Below the pieces are notes generated by a model. The model worked only from the letters and a program-made list of their open reading frames with translations. It was not told the origin of the DNA and did not search any database. A stretch of 63,961 bases of DNA, filler included, from Lenisia limosa (lineage: Eukaryota > Protista > Breviatea): assembly GCA_001655205.1 (NCBI GenBank). It is 19 parts of 19 records of this genome, joined end to end, with 100 filler letters (N's around TTAATTAATTAA, not from the genome) between each part and the next. Parts side by side here need not be neighbours in the genome. Positions count along the whole stretch, not along the records: positions 1 to 4,379 come from LPNZ01000502.1; positions 4,480 to 11,524 come from LPNZ01010871.1; 17 more parts are not named here. One strand, 5' to 3'. How positions within the stretch are numbered: position 1 is the stretch's first letter; every line of letters begins with the position of its first letter. Position numbers and translations under genes: made by a program. Positions 1 to 11,624 of this stretch are shown here, piece by piece.

Positions 1-1
1 A

Positions 2-422
2 AATTGCTGTAGACACTGTCCACAAATTGTTATTGGTCTTGGCCTTCAAAAGACTCTTTCAATTGGAGATGTTAAGGGTCTACTTCCTCCAATTTGTGAC
101 ATTATTAATGTGGGTTGACTAGCGAAACCCAATTGAGTAAGGGTTGCCATCAGATTATATCTTTAATCATGTACAATCATATGAATACGCAAAATTGCTG
201 TGGGCTTGTATGAACTTTTGGAGAATAGCATATGACCAAATATTTTATATTCTAGGGAGTTATCCCAAAAGTGCGCGAACACCAAGACCCCTTTATTCCC
301 AACCGTGACGAGGTTTGTACATTCTATTTTTCTAAATTCTGTAGGTTGATAACTATGAAGCCCCAGTGAAGTTCAAAATGGTATCAATGGAGTATATGGA
401 AGCGGAGCTGGCCAAGTCTTAA
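2..422 (+). CDS. 3' end of an uncharacterised spliced gene (2 exons)
   Basis: Exon NCCRHCPQIVIGLGLQKTLSIGDVKGLLPPICDIIN, GT..AG intron, then VDNYEAPVKFKMVSMEYMEAELAKS* with TAA at 420-422. Confidence 0.45.
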
Positions 423-639
423 ATCATGCAGAACTTGTCTGCGCCGCCACGAGGCCGTTGTTTCCATGGGGTTCTTGTCATTTTCTTTTTCTCAACTGCT
501 ACTTCTTCATCTCTTTTCTAAATACATTATTCACAGCTCAATTCCCCTGCATGTAATATATCTAGACAATGAAACTCGACCATGCATCATTCTCTATTAT
601 CGAAGTAATAAACATTGATAATGTCCAAAAACAATGAAA

Positions 640-1533
640 CCCACAAACCTCCACTTTCTTGAACGTCAGAGAGCCCTTCTTTTTCTCCTTCTTCTTCTTT
701 CCGGACTTAGTCAACTTGACACCAGAAGCTTTCAAGGCATTTTTCTTCAATTCCTCCAAGTTGTCGGCAGTGGCCTTAAAAATAACCACTTTGTTGTGGG
801 TTTCGAATTGAAAACTGAAAGAAAGCGAGGAGTTTAGAAAACACATGTGAGGGCAATGTCAAAAAAAGAAAAGAGTCCCATTCTTCAAAATGATTACCCT
901 CTGACCTGAATTTCAAACAAATCTGGGCGAACTTCATCATCACCACCAATGATCCTACAAAATAAACCAAAGCTTGAGCTACTTACATAATGGAATTACC
1001 GCCATGAGTGTCCTTTTCAAAGGTCATAAGCTGGGTCAGATATCCTAGACAGATGTTGACAACTGGTCTATTCTCTTTCAAATGTTCAAGAGACTCCCTA
1101 GACGTAAGGTCACGGAAAGGGAACTTACTTTAAGCTAATGGGTATTCTAGAAACAAGATAGGCAGCACAAAAGGCAGGAGCCATTGAAACACCAAAGGAA
1201 TCGTGAATCAAAACAGGTTTTGAAGCCATGATATTGTCGTCTATGTAAACAACATTAAAACAAACCAATAATTTTGAACACTTCAGGGAAATGAAAAACT
1301 AAATCTGTGTGCGGGTTGTCACGAATTGAAAGTCTGTGATACTCGAACAGATCCGGGAAGGAGTTAGGGGCATCATTACCAACTAAAACATGAGCACAAC
1401 CTTGTCGTGAAGACCTTACTGTTGATAATGACTTTGATTTCACTTTCTTGGAGATACTCTTTATTTGCAGCTGCTTGAATTCCACCTACAAAAAGGTTTG
1501 GAAAGATTTCAGTCAAAAAAGAGGCTTGTGCAA
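640..1533 (-). CDS. Dual-specificity phosphatase-fold protein, predicted pseudophosphatase, with Lys-rich C-terminus
   Basis: Spliced exons read TEIFPNLFVGGIQAAANKEYLQESEIKVIIN / GNDAPNSFPDLFEYHRLSIRDNPHTDLVFHFPEVFKII / DDNIMASKPVLIHDSFGVSMAPAFCAAYLVSR / ESLEHLKENRPVVNICLGYLTQLMTFE. These are typical DSP motifs, but HCxxGxxR reads HDSFGVSM. Start not resolved. Confidence 0.85.
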
Positions 1534-2136
1534 CTGCGTTTTTCATTTTAGCCAAAGAACGTCAAGATTTCAAACGGAGTTGTGTAATATTTCGATATTT
1601 TTAAACAAGTAGCCTGAAGTAGACAAATATATATAAATGAATAGATAAGGAAGAGATTTGGAAGGCGAGAGACAAGGCGCAAGCCGAAACTGAGAAAGAA
1701 ACACCCCCCAAAATCTCCCCTGGAGTTTTACACGGAGTGTCGCTAGTAGCCCCTGGAGGGTACAGGGTGGAAACAGAATTGCGCGAGAATATATATACTC
1801 CCCATGCGAGAAAGTGGGGTCTGGGAGTGTGCTGCTGCTAATGCTACCACAAAACAAGATCTTCCGGTCTTCCTCCGCGTCCAAAAAGTTGGGTCTTCCG
1901 CGTCCGAAATTTTCGAACCGAAGTGAAGCCCCCCAAGGTGGTAGTGGGCTATTATTGGGCACCTTGGTGTATTAATAAACTTAGTCTGCGCAACCTGACA
2001 GTGCAAATTTGGCTGTAACCATAAGAGTAAGAGCAATATAAATCCAAAACAAATTTTTCCAAAAACAACAGAAAAAAGCGGAAGAAAAAAAAAAAAACAA
2101 TGAAACAACTCGACTTCAAACAACAAGTCCAACTAA

Positions 2137-3303
2137 TTACTGTACAAAAGACTCTGACTGAGGAGAAATGGAGTTGATATTGTTAATCAAACTTTGCAAC
2201 CACCTACGAACAGTATCCTCCTTGAAAATTAATATGTGCTATTTCACACAAACTTTTGCAAAATCATGAATATTTTCAGGACGAAGGCCTTCAGGATAAC
2301 TCTCTCTCAGTGCTTCACATGCTCTACTTAATTATTCAGTAGCCAAGGTCAAACCGTTTATTTTCAGATAATCTCAAGTAGCATCTCACAACATGCTTGA
2401 ACAAGCGACTACTTTGATTTTCCCGACGAAGAGCAGACTAAATAACAAAATGACAGAAGGGTAATAAAACAAACCACCATATTTGAAAGTACTGTTGAAA
2501 CTGCATAAAACCTGTCAGAGGTTTGGCAAATATAGTTCAACCCAACTTCATCAGTCAATATTTTCTGTACAATAAATGTTGCTACCTAAAAAGTCAGCAT
2601 GTTGCTCCAGTGGAGAAATACCTACTGTTTTGGACAGCTCTGACCCTGTTTCCATAATTCGAAGACATAAAGGAATTATCTCAGTATTGAGTAAAAAGCG
2701 GATAACCTTCGAGTCATCGACCTAAATAGTAACTCAACCAAACCAGGTGGATTATACCTTTACAAGAGCACCGATAACTCCCAAAGAAGTGAGTCGCAAA
2801 TACTCAAATGGTCTCGTTTTAGAAATTGTATTCAAAAATGGAAAAAGGAATAGAGGGATGTGGGCTGAAAAATGAGAAGTGGGAAGCCTTTACCATTCAA
2901 AAAGAGCATCTTAGTTTCAGGGTGCGATGCTACACACTGGAAGAGAGCCAATGCATTACAAACCCTATTACTAGAAATAGCACTAAGTTCTGGTGGAGAA
3001 AGAGCGGGGTATAAAGCAATGACCTCTTGTAGCAGCGCCTAAAGATAAAAAAAAGGAAATACAATAACTTACGGCCATTGTTCCAGGAGAATACCACAGT
3101 AAAAGAGCAAGGTCCTTAACAACTTCTCGGTTCTTTGACAGCTCATTTAGGGCAGTTTCGCGGCTCATCGGATCAGAAAGCGCTTGAACATAGCTATTTA
3201 TTTCATTCAACGAGAATGAGGGCTGTGTATTGGCTTGTGGTTGAGAAAGACCAACATGATTGTTATTAGTTTGATGTATTGAATGTAGAGAGGAATGCTG
3301 CAT
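2137..3303 (-). CDS. RCD1: CCR4-NOT subunit RCD1/CNOT9 (multi-exon, apparently complete)
   Basis: Exons read [25 protein letters not shown] / [42 protein letters not shown] / [20 protein letters not shown] / [19 protein letters not shown] / [10 protein letters not shown] / [16 protein letters not shown]. Stop TAA at 2137-2139. Confidence 0.97.
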
Positions 3304-3480
3304 GTTTATGCAACGTTACCCAGGGGATCACACAGGTAGAGGGATGTAGTAGAGTTCACCAGTTTGACAAAAAATGTTTTTGTTGAAAAAACTTTATGCA
3401 TCAATAATCTGGGGGGGTATATTCACCCAGAAACAGCACAGAACAGAGTACTTTAGTTAAATTCTAGTTAAATAACCAAA

Positions 3481-4130
3481 ATGAGTGTTTTGCTTGCGTT
3501 GCTTTTTCCTGCTTTTTCTGCCTCTGCGCTGTGGCCCTCTGTTGATGTTGATACTTATCAATGGAATAAAAACAATAAAGATGGATAAATGTTGAGAAAA
3601 TGACCTAAAATTCATCTGTTTGGGATGACCTTTTCGCTTCCACCAGGGGCTACTCTCCTCAGTAGGGGAAGGCTTTTGTTTGAATATATTATGGGTGAAT
3701 TCAGATATAGCCTTCTCCTCATCTGTAGAGTAGGAGCACTCACCATTTCAGATCAACTTATTTTTTTGATATCTGGTGTCTTTCACACACTGGGTGCCCA
3801 ATGGCTTGCCTATCATGGTGTTTCCGAACCACGGACTGGTGAGTCTTAAGAAATACCTAACCTCACTTTATGTTAATACATGTACACATTTGTTTTTGTT
3901 TTTATTTTCATAAAGGAAAAAGTTGGATTTACTATACATTATTGTAAAGCTCTATTTCCCAAATTCAACACCCTATTCACCCTTTCCTGACAATTCAAGG
4001 TATCCTGCCATCAACACTCTACATTGGAATGGCGCTTTGTAGGTTCTCACCCGGTTATAAGGTTGGTCAAATGGGAAAATTAGGGCAATCAGCCCGGGTT
4101 GCTTGTTATTGTTTTCGTTTTTGATTTTTA
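3481..4130 (+). CDS. Possible small secreted protein, divergent from RCD1
   Basis: ATG at 3481 opens a signal-peptide-like MSVLLALLFPAFSASALWP, and plausible GT/AG exons follow. A single consistent frame could not be assembled. Confidence 0.3.
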
Positions 4131-4379
4131 CTCTCTTGGTTTTCAAATTATTATGATTTGTTGATGAAAAGCAGGGTTTCAAAAGGAAAGTTGTCTCGAA
4201 TAGGGAAGAATAGGCCTTCTTTGGAGCAATTAATGTAGATTATTTCATTTTTTATTGATAATGACTCTTAAGTCAATTTTGTGAAAGGAGTAAAAGAGAC
4301 GAAAGTGGCGTGTTCAATATGACGCACAGTTAAGAATAGCGTGCTTTGGGTATCCGAGACAACTTTTCCATTTGGAACC

Positions 4380-4479
4380 NNNNNNNNNNNNNNNNNNNNN
4401 NNNNNNNNNNNNNNNNNNNNNNNTTAATTAATTAANNNNNNNNNNNNNNNNNNNNNNNNNNNNNNNNNNNNNNNNNNNN
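4380..4479. other. Artificial scaffold spacer N44-TTAATTAATTAA-N44 (first of 18)
   Basis: The same 100-nt spacer, with stops in all six frames, starts at 4380, 11525, 22059, 27803, 32600, 37718, 39573, 41764, 43792, 45927, 48686, 50610, 52167, 54848, 56937, 58886, 60346 and 62839. No synteny should be inferred across it. Confidence 0.97.
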
Positions 4480-4509
4480 CGTTGATATCATGGTCACGCC
4501 CCCCCTTAC

Positions 4510-4608
4510 TCCGTCTAAAGCGTTGATATCATGGTCATCCTCAATGCGCTGCTTTACTGTGTCCAACTTATGATCGAAGATACCTTCATGGAGGGGTGTT
4601 GTGTGAGA
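4510..4608 (-). CDS. Ankyrin-repeat exon (99 nt, one repeat) of a truncated gene
   Basis: cccag|SHTTPLHEGIFDHKLDTVKQRIEDDHDINALDG|gtaag. Exactly 33 codons, with TPLH and DIN..D motifs. Confidence 0.75.
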
Positions 4609-5281
4609 CTGGGAGGGGGGAGTAAAATTGGAAAATTGATGAAACAAAAACAAACCCCAAAATCAACTCTGTTGGCTGACAACACACAAGGGTTGATAAC
4701 AANNNNNNNNNNNNNNNNNNNNNNNNNNNNNNNNNNNNNNNNNNNNNNNNNNNNNNNNNNNNNNNNNNNNNNNNNNNNNNNNNNNNNNNNNNNNNNNNNN
4801 NNNNNNNNNNAAGCTTAGAAACAATCACGAAGCAAATCCCAAAACACAAACTATCAAGAGCAGAGAGGAGCACAACATCCAAAAAACAACACTATTGCAA
4901 CTGAAAGACCCGAAGGTACACGAGAAAAATGCAGATAGAGATATTACATAGCATAAAAAGGATTTGAAAATGAAATACATACATATCATACAAGGAGAAG
5001 ATTCTGAACTGGCTTACACCCCCCACCCTCATAGCCCTCATTGCTGCCTCTACTCGGCTCTCAACCTTATCGTAGCGCCCCGAAATCATGGCGGAATGAA
5101 TAGGGAAAATGGCACAAAGTCAAAGTAAAATTTGTGAAATGGGGGGGGGACCATTTGATATAGCGCGCCACCTCGCTACCACGCCATTTTTGAGGGTGCA
5201 TTCTATTATTTGACTATGATGATATTTTTTCCTGCTAGAGATTCCAGCTCTCAAAGGTATTCCACCCTTCGTGGTATCAAT

Positions 5282-7497
5282 TATCAAGAACAGTTCCAAA
5301 AACAATCACATCTTAATTTACAGAAGAAACACAGGGAAACAATTACAAACTAAACCTTAGAAGTACGAAGAATTCGTTCTATAGGGTGAGAAAAGGAATG
5401 ACAGGAATATTTATCAGCAACATGGAAATAGACTTTTCGTACCAGCCGCCTTTGGAGGGAGCGGCTTAGAAGACGGCAGGAAGGATGAAGATTTCCTCGG
5501 CTGCCTTTGGGGGTCCGATGACGACGCTGCTGCAACTTCATTCTGTGGTGTTACAACTTTCTACTCGGGAACTGAATCCCTCGAGGTTGATAGAGAAAAA
5601 GCAGAAGATTACACTGATGGTCAAGTAGTAACACCGGCAAGCAGCCCACCTCTTCTTCTGGATCCAACGTGTACTCAGCATTGACTTGGTCTGGACAGTG
5701 TCAATGTGTTAAAGTGAAAGAGTAGCACCGTACCTCTGTGTTTCTTGAGCCGTCGCACTGCCTGGTATGCCAAAATAGAGAACCTGGATTGTTATCAATA
5801 CGGCTCTGGGGTGGTCATTACAAGAGTGAATGACAGTAGTGAGAGTAATCATCGTGTAAGCTCATTATGTGCTTCAGCTCTATTAATAGCCTTGTTTCAC
5901 TGATATGACTGTTTTCTTTGAATCGTTACCAAGCACAGACCCCGATATAGCCTACGCAAGGATGCCAATGAGACCTCGGAAAATGTTGGTATAGTGCCAA
6001 TACTGTAGTCTTGCGTCCCAGCTTGGTGGAACCTCATCCAGGTACCTGGGGAGAAGTGTGAATACTCTGGGTGTGGAGGCCCAATACATTGTTTTTCAAC
6101 AGATGTCTCTACTCACCATTGTGAATCGTCCAGTGCTGCAATTACGTGCTCCAATCCACCTGCCATTAACGACAAAATCATGACGACGGTATACACTGCG
6201 GAGGAAACGTGACAAAAAAAAGGAGGTGTCAAGTCATAGTCAATGCACTATCCCCATACGGCACAGTAGGACCCGGGCCCGAAGTTGCCCTCGGAGGCGG
6301 ACTCCCATTGGACTGTGCGGCGGCGGTGGTGGTCGTTTGTCGGCATCCTGGATTAATAAGAGCTACCCTGGGATCAGATAGATCAGATAGATCACACTGC
6401 AATTTAGAAAAGGTAATTGTATTCGAAAAGTCATCTAGAAACAGCCTACCTTTTTTGCTTCAGCAACCATGTTCACAGCGGCTAAGACGGCCTGAAGGTC
6501 AGACAATGGTCCAGTCACATATGAAGCAATACGGTTACAAAAGACTAGGTATGAGAAGAGTTACGCTCATCATGCTACCCCCCCCCCCCCNNNNNNNNNN
6601 NNNNNNNNNNNNNNNNNNNNNNNNNNNNNNNNNNNNNNNNNNNNNNNNNNNNNNNNNNNNNNNNNNNNNNNNNNNNNGTAGAGGCTTGGGGGGAAATGTA
6701 GATCAAAGTTTCCCTTGGGTTATTCATATACTGGGCAGCAAAGAGGGTCTGAAAGCAAAGGCCTACAGGGTGAGGGAAACGCTTAAACAAGATAATCAAT
6801 CAGTTTATTGGGCTCTGTCATTATCCTCAATGAAATCTCAAACAAAAGGACACTGGGATGATGAAATGTCATTTTGCTCAAACCCACCAGCCAAAAGGCC
6901 CTGTGCGATGAAAAATATGAAGTTCAGTAAGGATTGGGCGTTATCCCTAAAGTGTCAAGGGTAAAGTCATGGGCTGTTTTGATGGTGTCTAGCATGAGAA
7001 AGCCTTACGTGAATTGTTGATAGGAGCTGCTCCAGTCTTCGTCTTGCTGCGGTGCACTCTCATCACCCTCAACATCTTCAACCTAATACCGTAAACATAA
7101 CATATATATGCTTCGTCTTATTAGAGCAATAAAACCTGACATATCATATGCTTAGTCTAATTAAAGCAATAAACCCTGACAATACACATAAAACCCAGGA
7201 CGGGACCACACCATTTTATTGGCCTCAGTTATGAGTGCGGCGTGCTTTGACTCGTTGCCAACTTTCTTGAAGACACCTGCGGGTCAAAGCAGTTGGATCA
7301 AGTCAATACAACCAAGAATGGACCATACATATGATATGTGTTATCAGAAGTTATTGAATACATCATGCCGAATGTACCCCCCCACCAGTTGCCGAATGTT
7401 CAACAAACCACACCGGCCGGCTTTCTGGCATGGGTGCCCCGGGCCGTGCAGTCTGTGTTTCGAGCTCCTCCGTCTCAATCACGTCTTCATCGTCAAC
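5282..7497 (-). CDS. Uncharacterised low-complexity (acidic/Pro/Ser) multi-exon gene, 3' part
   Basis: GT-AG exons LVDDEDVIETEELETQTARPG / VEDVEGDESAPQQDEDWSSSYQQF / DQVNAEYTLDPEEE / KVVTPQNEVAAASSSDPQRQPRK / DVIVFGTVLDN*. May be continuous with the 8092-10250 exons. Confidence 0.5.
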
Positions 7498-7700
7498 GAG
7501 GGCTGTGAGGTCAAGGGGTGGAGGGGAGGAGTAAAACGAAGGAAATTTCGATGAAGAATATTGGCGTAAAGGTACTAATCACGAAGCGAATAACCTGAAA
7601 CTCCAAACAAACAAAAAACAAAAAAAAGCAATAACAAACTCGAGCAACCAACGCTAAAACTAGATAAAAGCCAGATGCATTTACATACACATAACAATTC
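7498..7700 (-). mobile_element. Family A repeat (A2 tail) upstream of an acceptor
   Basis: Reverse complement is near-identical to 23250-23400 and ends ttttactcc..cacag|exon. Confidence 0.8.
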
Positions 7701-8091
7701 GGTGAAGACTTACATCATATATTATACACCCCTCCCCCGCCGCCGCCCACACAAACACAACCCCAATCCACTCTCCCAAACGCATACAAAAAACACACAT
7801 ATCATTCACAATCTTCTAAAAGATAAAAAGCGTTCGCGTTCATGTATGGTCACCTATAATACACCCGCAACCCCCCCCCCCCNNNNNNNNNNGGCGTTAA
7901 AAAGTAAGGGAAATGTTAACAAAACCCGACATATTAACGGTCACAACCCAATCATAACGCTTAGAGCAGTCCCAAGCATACGACCCCCGAGGGGATCAAA
8001 GCTGGGTGGACTGAGCGCGGACCAGACCAGACTGCAGAAAAGAATCTCTACAGGTACGAACAAAATGGTATCAAGCAAACTGTGACTATTC

Positions 8092-10250
8092 TTATCCATT
8101 CTGATGCTGAGAAAAAAAGTAGTAATGGTATAAAAAAAAAGGGTTGGCTGGGCAAACACAAAGCACAAAACAAAACAAACACACATAAACACAAAAAAAA
8201 AACAAAGGGGCATAAGTCCAAGGTAATTTTAAAAATATTAAGCTGAGGGGAATAACAGTAAAATTGGACAGTTTATGAAACAAAAAAGNNNNNNNNNNTT
8301 TCTTTAATTCTCCTTTCCAATTTTCCTTTTCTAAAGTCCGACTTTCAGGTCTAAAACCAGCAACAAAGGGGCATAAGTCCAAGGTAATTTTAATAATATT
8401 AAGCTGAGGGGAATAACAGTAAAATTGGACAGTTTATGAAACAAAAAGCCCAAATCAACTCTGTTGTCTGAAAACACACGAGGGTTGACAACAAAACAAA
8501 CAAAGCCTAGACCAGTCGCTTCTCCAGCACCGCATCGCATGGGAAGATGACATGGACTCACCCAAAGGTGGCAGGTTGGTGTTCCTTCGGCTAGAGTCCG
8601 GGGCAGCAACATCAGCATCAACTGGGTTGTTGGTTATATCGGAACGCAAACGAATGAACTGGACAATTCAAATAAATGTACCTCTGCGCGGAAACAACTC
8701 ACTACTCCAGACCTCTCCCAATTAATCCATAAACCACCCACCTGGTGCATCCGAGACAGGGTTGTCCTCATCTTCAACAGGCTCGGATGGCTCCACGTTG
8801 TTTGTGTCGTCATTGTCACTGCCTTCGTTGACGGGTCTCCGCCGCCTCCGACGTCGTTTGTCAACCTGGGGGCATTATATGGTGTCGTACGGCGGTGTTG
8901 TGAATTATTACAGTGATGGGGTATCTAGAAGCAGCCGACCTGTGATGGCTCTAGCGGCTCGTCTTCATTCTTTTCAATATCACTGACACCTGGAGACTCG
9001 GCCGCCTCTTCCACTACTTCAACTGGCTTGTCATCCTCATCTTCTTCTTTTTCTTCCTCCTTTTCTTCCTGCTTTTCTTCTTCTTCCGCTACTTCTTTTA
9101 CTTCATCAGAATCGCTTACAGGCTGAAGTGGTTAGTGCAATACTTCAAAAAGGTGAACCCCTGTCCCCTACCTCATAAATTTTCAAATACCTGTAAAAAA
9201 TGATTTAATTTCAAACCCATTGGGTCTTTTTGCCAAAAGAACTCCGAAATAGTGACTTCATACTGAAAACGCACACCCAAACCAACTTTACTGCTGCGGT
9301 CGTGGCGTCTTCGAGGGCGCTCCTCAATACTGTCAAAAATAAGGGCCATTCAATTCACAAAGAATTATCAATATTAAGACTATTTAGAGATAAGTGGGAC
9401 TCAAGTTTTAAAAAAAACCCCAATACTGTACTTTTGAAATCAACCACCTCCGTCTGTACACTGACCGCGATAAGTCCTGACACGGATACTGAGCTTTAGT
9501 CAATCGTATCAGGACTTATCGTGGTCACTGTATATTGACTCAGCCTTTGGAATATCCATACATGTATCATATCCATATGATATAACAAAATACCTCGGGA
9601 TGTCTTCAACAGAGCTGGCAGACTTTTGTGTTCTCAACGGAGGGAGAACCGCCTATCATATCAAACATGTATAACTATCAGAGGTCGTGTGGTGAAATTA
9701 CGGCATCATTAATAGACTAGCTTCAGAAATTATTGGCTTTATTTCAGTATAAAAACGGAGGGAGAAACCAACAAGGATACTCCCTCAACCAACTGCTGAT
9801 TTGGCCGAGTCTTCAGATCTCTCAGATCTGTTGGAAGGCAGCGCTGACGGCCGAAGTGATGGGCTTGGTTCAACCGAGGATGTTACTGGGGGGGTAATCA
9901 TAATCCAAAAATACACGTCAGAATCCCTGTTCATATGGCAGTCCAAGATCATACGTAACAGCTTGGCAGCTGAATACGCATTCACGTAGTAACAATTCAT
10001 GTGCCAAACCATCATTTCTTCCCCTTCAATCCCAAAAATACGAACCCGCCATACCTGAAGCTGCGGGAGGGAGCCGTCTGACCCTGCGTTGTCGAGGGCT
10101 ACGGAATGAGGGTATGGCATTGGCAATAAATCATGACCTCTTTGGCGAAAACAGGTTTAGCTTACCGTCTGTCTGATTTGGACTCTGATGGATCTTCCAT
10201 TTCTAACTTGGCGGCAAGAGTAGGGGCCTTTACATTGGAAAAACGGTTAA
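8092..10250 (-). CDS. Uncharacterised acidic multi-exon gene
   Basis: Exons QPVSDSDEVKEVAEEEEKQEE..AESP / DKRRRRRRRPVNEGSDNDDTNNVEPSEP / NNPVDADVAAPDSSRRN, each bounded by AG and GT sites. Confidence 0.55.
8404..8561 (-). mobile_element. Family A intron-resident repeat filling most of a complete 158-nt intron
   Basis: gtgagt..gatgcggtgctggagaagcgactggtctaggctttgtttg..caaccctcgtgtg..caacagagttgatttggg..gtttcataaactgtccaattttact..cccctcag|exon. Confidence 0.8.
9459..9530. mobile_element. Family C2 MITE (related TIR)
   Basis: TA|CACTGACCGCGATAAGTCCTGA..TCAGGACTTATCGTGGTCACTG|TA. Degenerate copy at 26266-26342. Confidence 0.8.
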
Positions 10251-10584
10251 AACCAGATCACTATTAAGGTTTATCTTCTGATGTTCCCAATTGCTTTTTT
10301 GTCTCACACACACAGACTCTCTTTTGGGCTTTTCGGATGCCTGGCGAACATGTGGCGAAACAGAACGATTTTACATAAATGATGAAAGTGTGAGAATGTA
10401 GCCCCACTATTTGAACATTTTTTTTTTTTTTTTTTTTTTNNNNNNNNNNNNNNNNNNNNNNNNNNNNNNNNNNNNNNNNNNNNNNNNNNNNNNNNNNNNN
10501 NNNNNNNNNNNNNNNNNNNNNNNNNNGGTCTTGTGCCTTTCAACATACAATAATTCAGGCGCTAAAGTCTTTTAACTCGAGTTT

Positions 10585-11430
10585 CAGAGGGAAATTTCCT
10601 TTTTTCACGGTACTGATGTCGCTTTCTACTTGTCTTGCGGTATGTTTGGAGTGATGCGGATCAATAACATCCAACTATAATGCCATTTTGATTGTAAGCC
10701 CACTGGCTCCCGTTTTCCCTCTTTTACCAAAGATATCAATCGTTTATTTTCAGAAACAAATCTAATTAAAATGCAAAGGTGCCATTTATTGTTGATTATT
10801 CAGGCTTCTATCCCCGCAAACAACTTTGTCATCTTCGGCACTGTAGACTCCCTCAAAGAGAAGGCGACTCAAATCATCGCTGACAGAGAGAAAGTGGGTG
10901 CCTGAAGTTTTCTAGGAATGACCTGTGTGTTAGACTCTATTTGTTGAGTTTGTTTTTATTCTCATAAGATGTTCTAATAATACCCCAAGGTTTTTGAAAC
11001 GGTTCGAAGCCTCCCAGTCTCCGACCTGACATTTGACAACTCTGTCGGGCTCCTCGAGAGNNNNNNNNNNNNNNNNNNNNNNNNNNNNNNNNNNNNNNNN
11101 NNNNNNNNNNNNNNNNNNNNNNNNNNNNNNNNNNNNNNNNNNNNNNNNNNNNNNTCATCACTTCTTCCTGCCCTTCTTGACAGCCTTACCTTTCTCAAGT
11201 GTTATGTTTTGTTTTTTTTGTACAGACAGGCCCCTCTTTCTCTGTGTGTACTTGATGTTCACCCCTTATAAAATATATTTATTGTGTTCTCTTTTGTTAA
11301 CACACAGTGTCACTCCTCACACTTTAGGCCGAGTACGGGGCAATCAAAAGCTCAATTACGCTGAAGAAGCAGGTTTCACCCGAGAAGGAAATCCGCGATG
11401 TGGCTGTTGAACTAGCGGGAAAGTTCAGTG
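10585..11430 (+). CDS. Uncharacterised spliced gene fragment
   Basis: Exons ASIPANNFVIFGTVDSLKEKATQIIADREK|gtgggt and AEYGAIKSSITLKKQVSPEKEIRDVAVELAGKFS|gtaggg. Confidence 0.45.
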
Positions 11431-11624
11431 TAGGGGGGGGGAGGGGTCTACATTATCATCACGTTGTTTTCTTACATTCACCCTTTATTTAGCTCATTTT
11501 ATGAGATATTTATTTGTAATCGGTNNNNNNNNNNNNNNNNNNNNNNNNNNNNNNNNNNNNNNNNNNNNTTAATTAATTAANNNNNNNNNNNNNNNNNNNN
11601 NNNNNNNNNNNNNNNNNNNNNNNN

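Noticed and set aside
1545-3770. Stop-codon reassignment (in-frame TAA near 1545, TGA near 3767)
   Set aside because: Both are explained by alternative acceptors or uncertain frames, and RCD1 and other genes terminate normally at TAA/TGA.
4000-4060. U12-type intron (gtatcctg donor)
   Set aside because: The donor deviates from GTATCCTT, no TCCTTAAC branch box is present, and the gene model is uncertain.
4424-4435. TTAATTAATTAA as a biological motif
   Set aside because: Always centred in exactly 44+44 Ns. It is an assembly concatenation linker.
8206-8450. ~85-bp duplication of an acceptor plus exon start
   Set aside because: The two copies are separated by a short N gap, so an overlap misassembly is likely. 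Not counted as evidence for junction duplication.
10804-10895. NAC/BTF3 domain
   Set aside because: Only a short resemblance (ASIPANNFVIFG); neighbouring exons do not support it.
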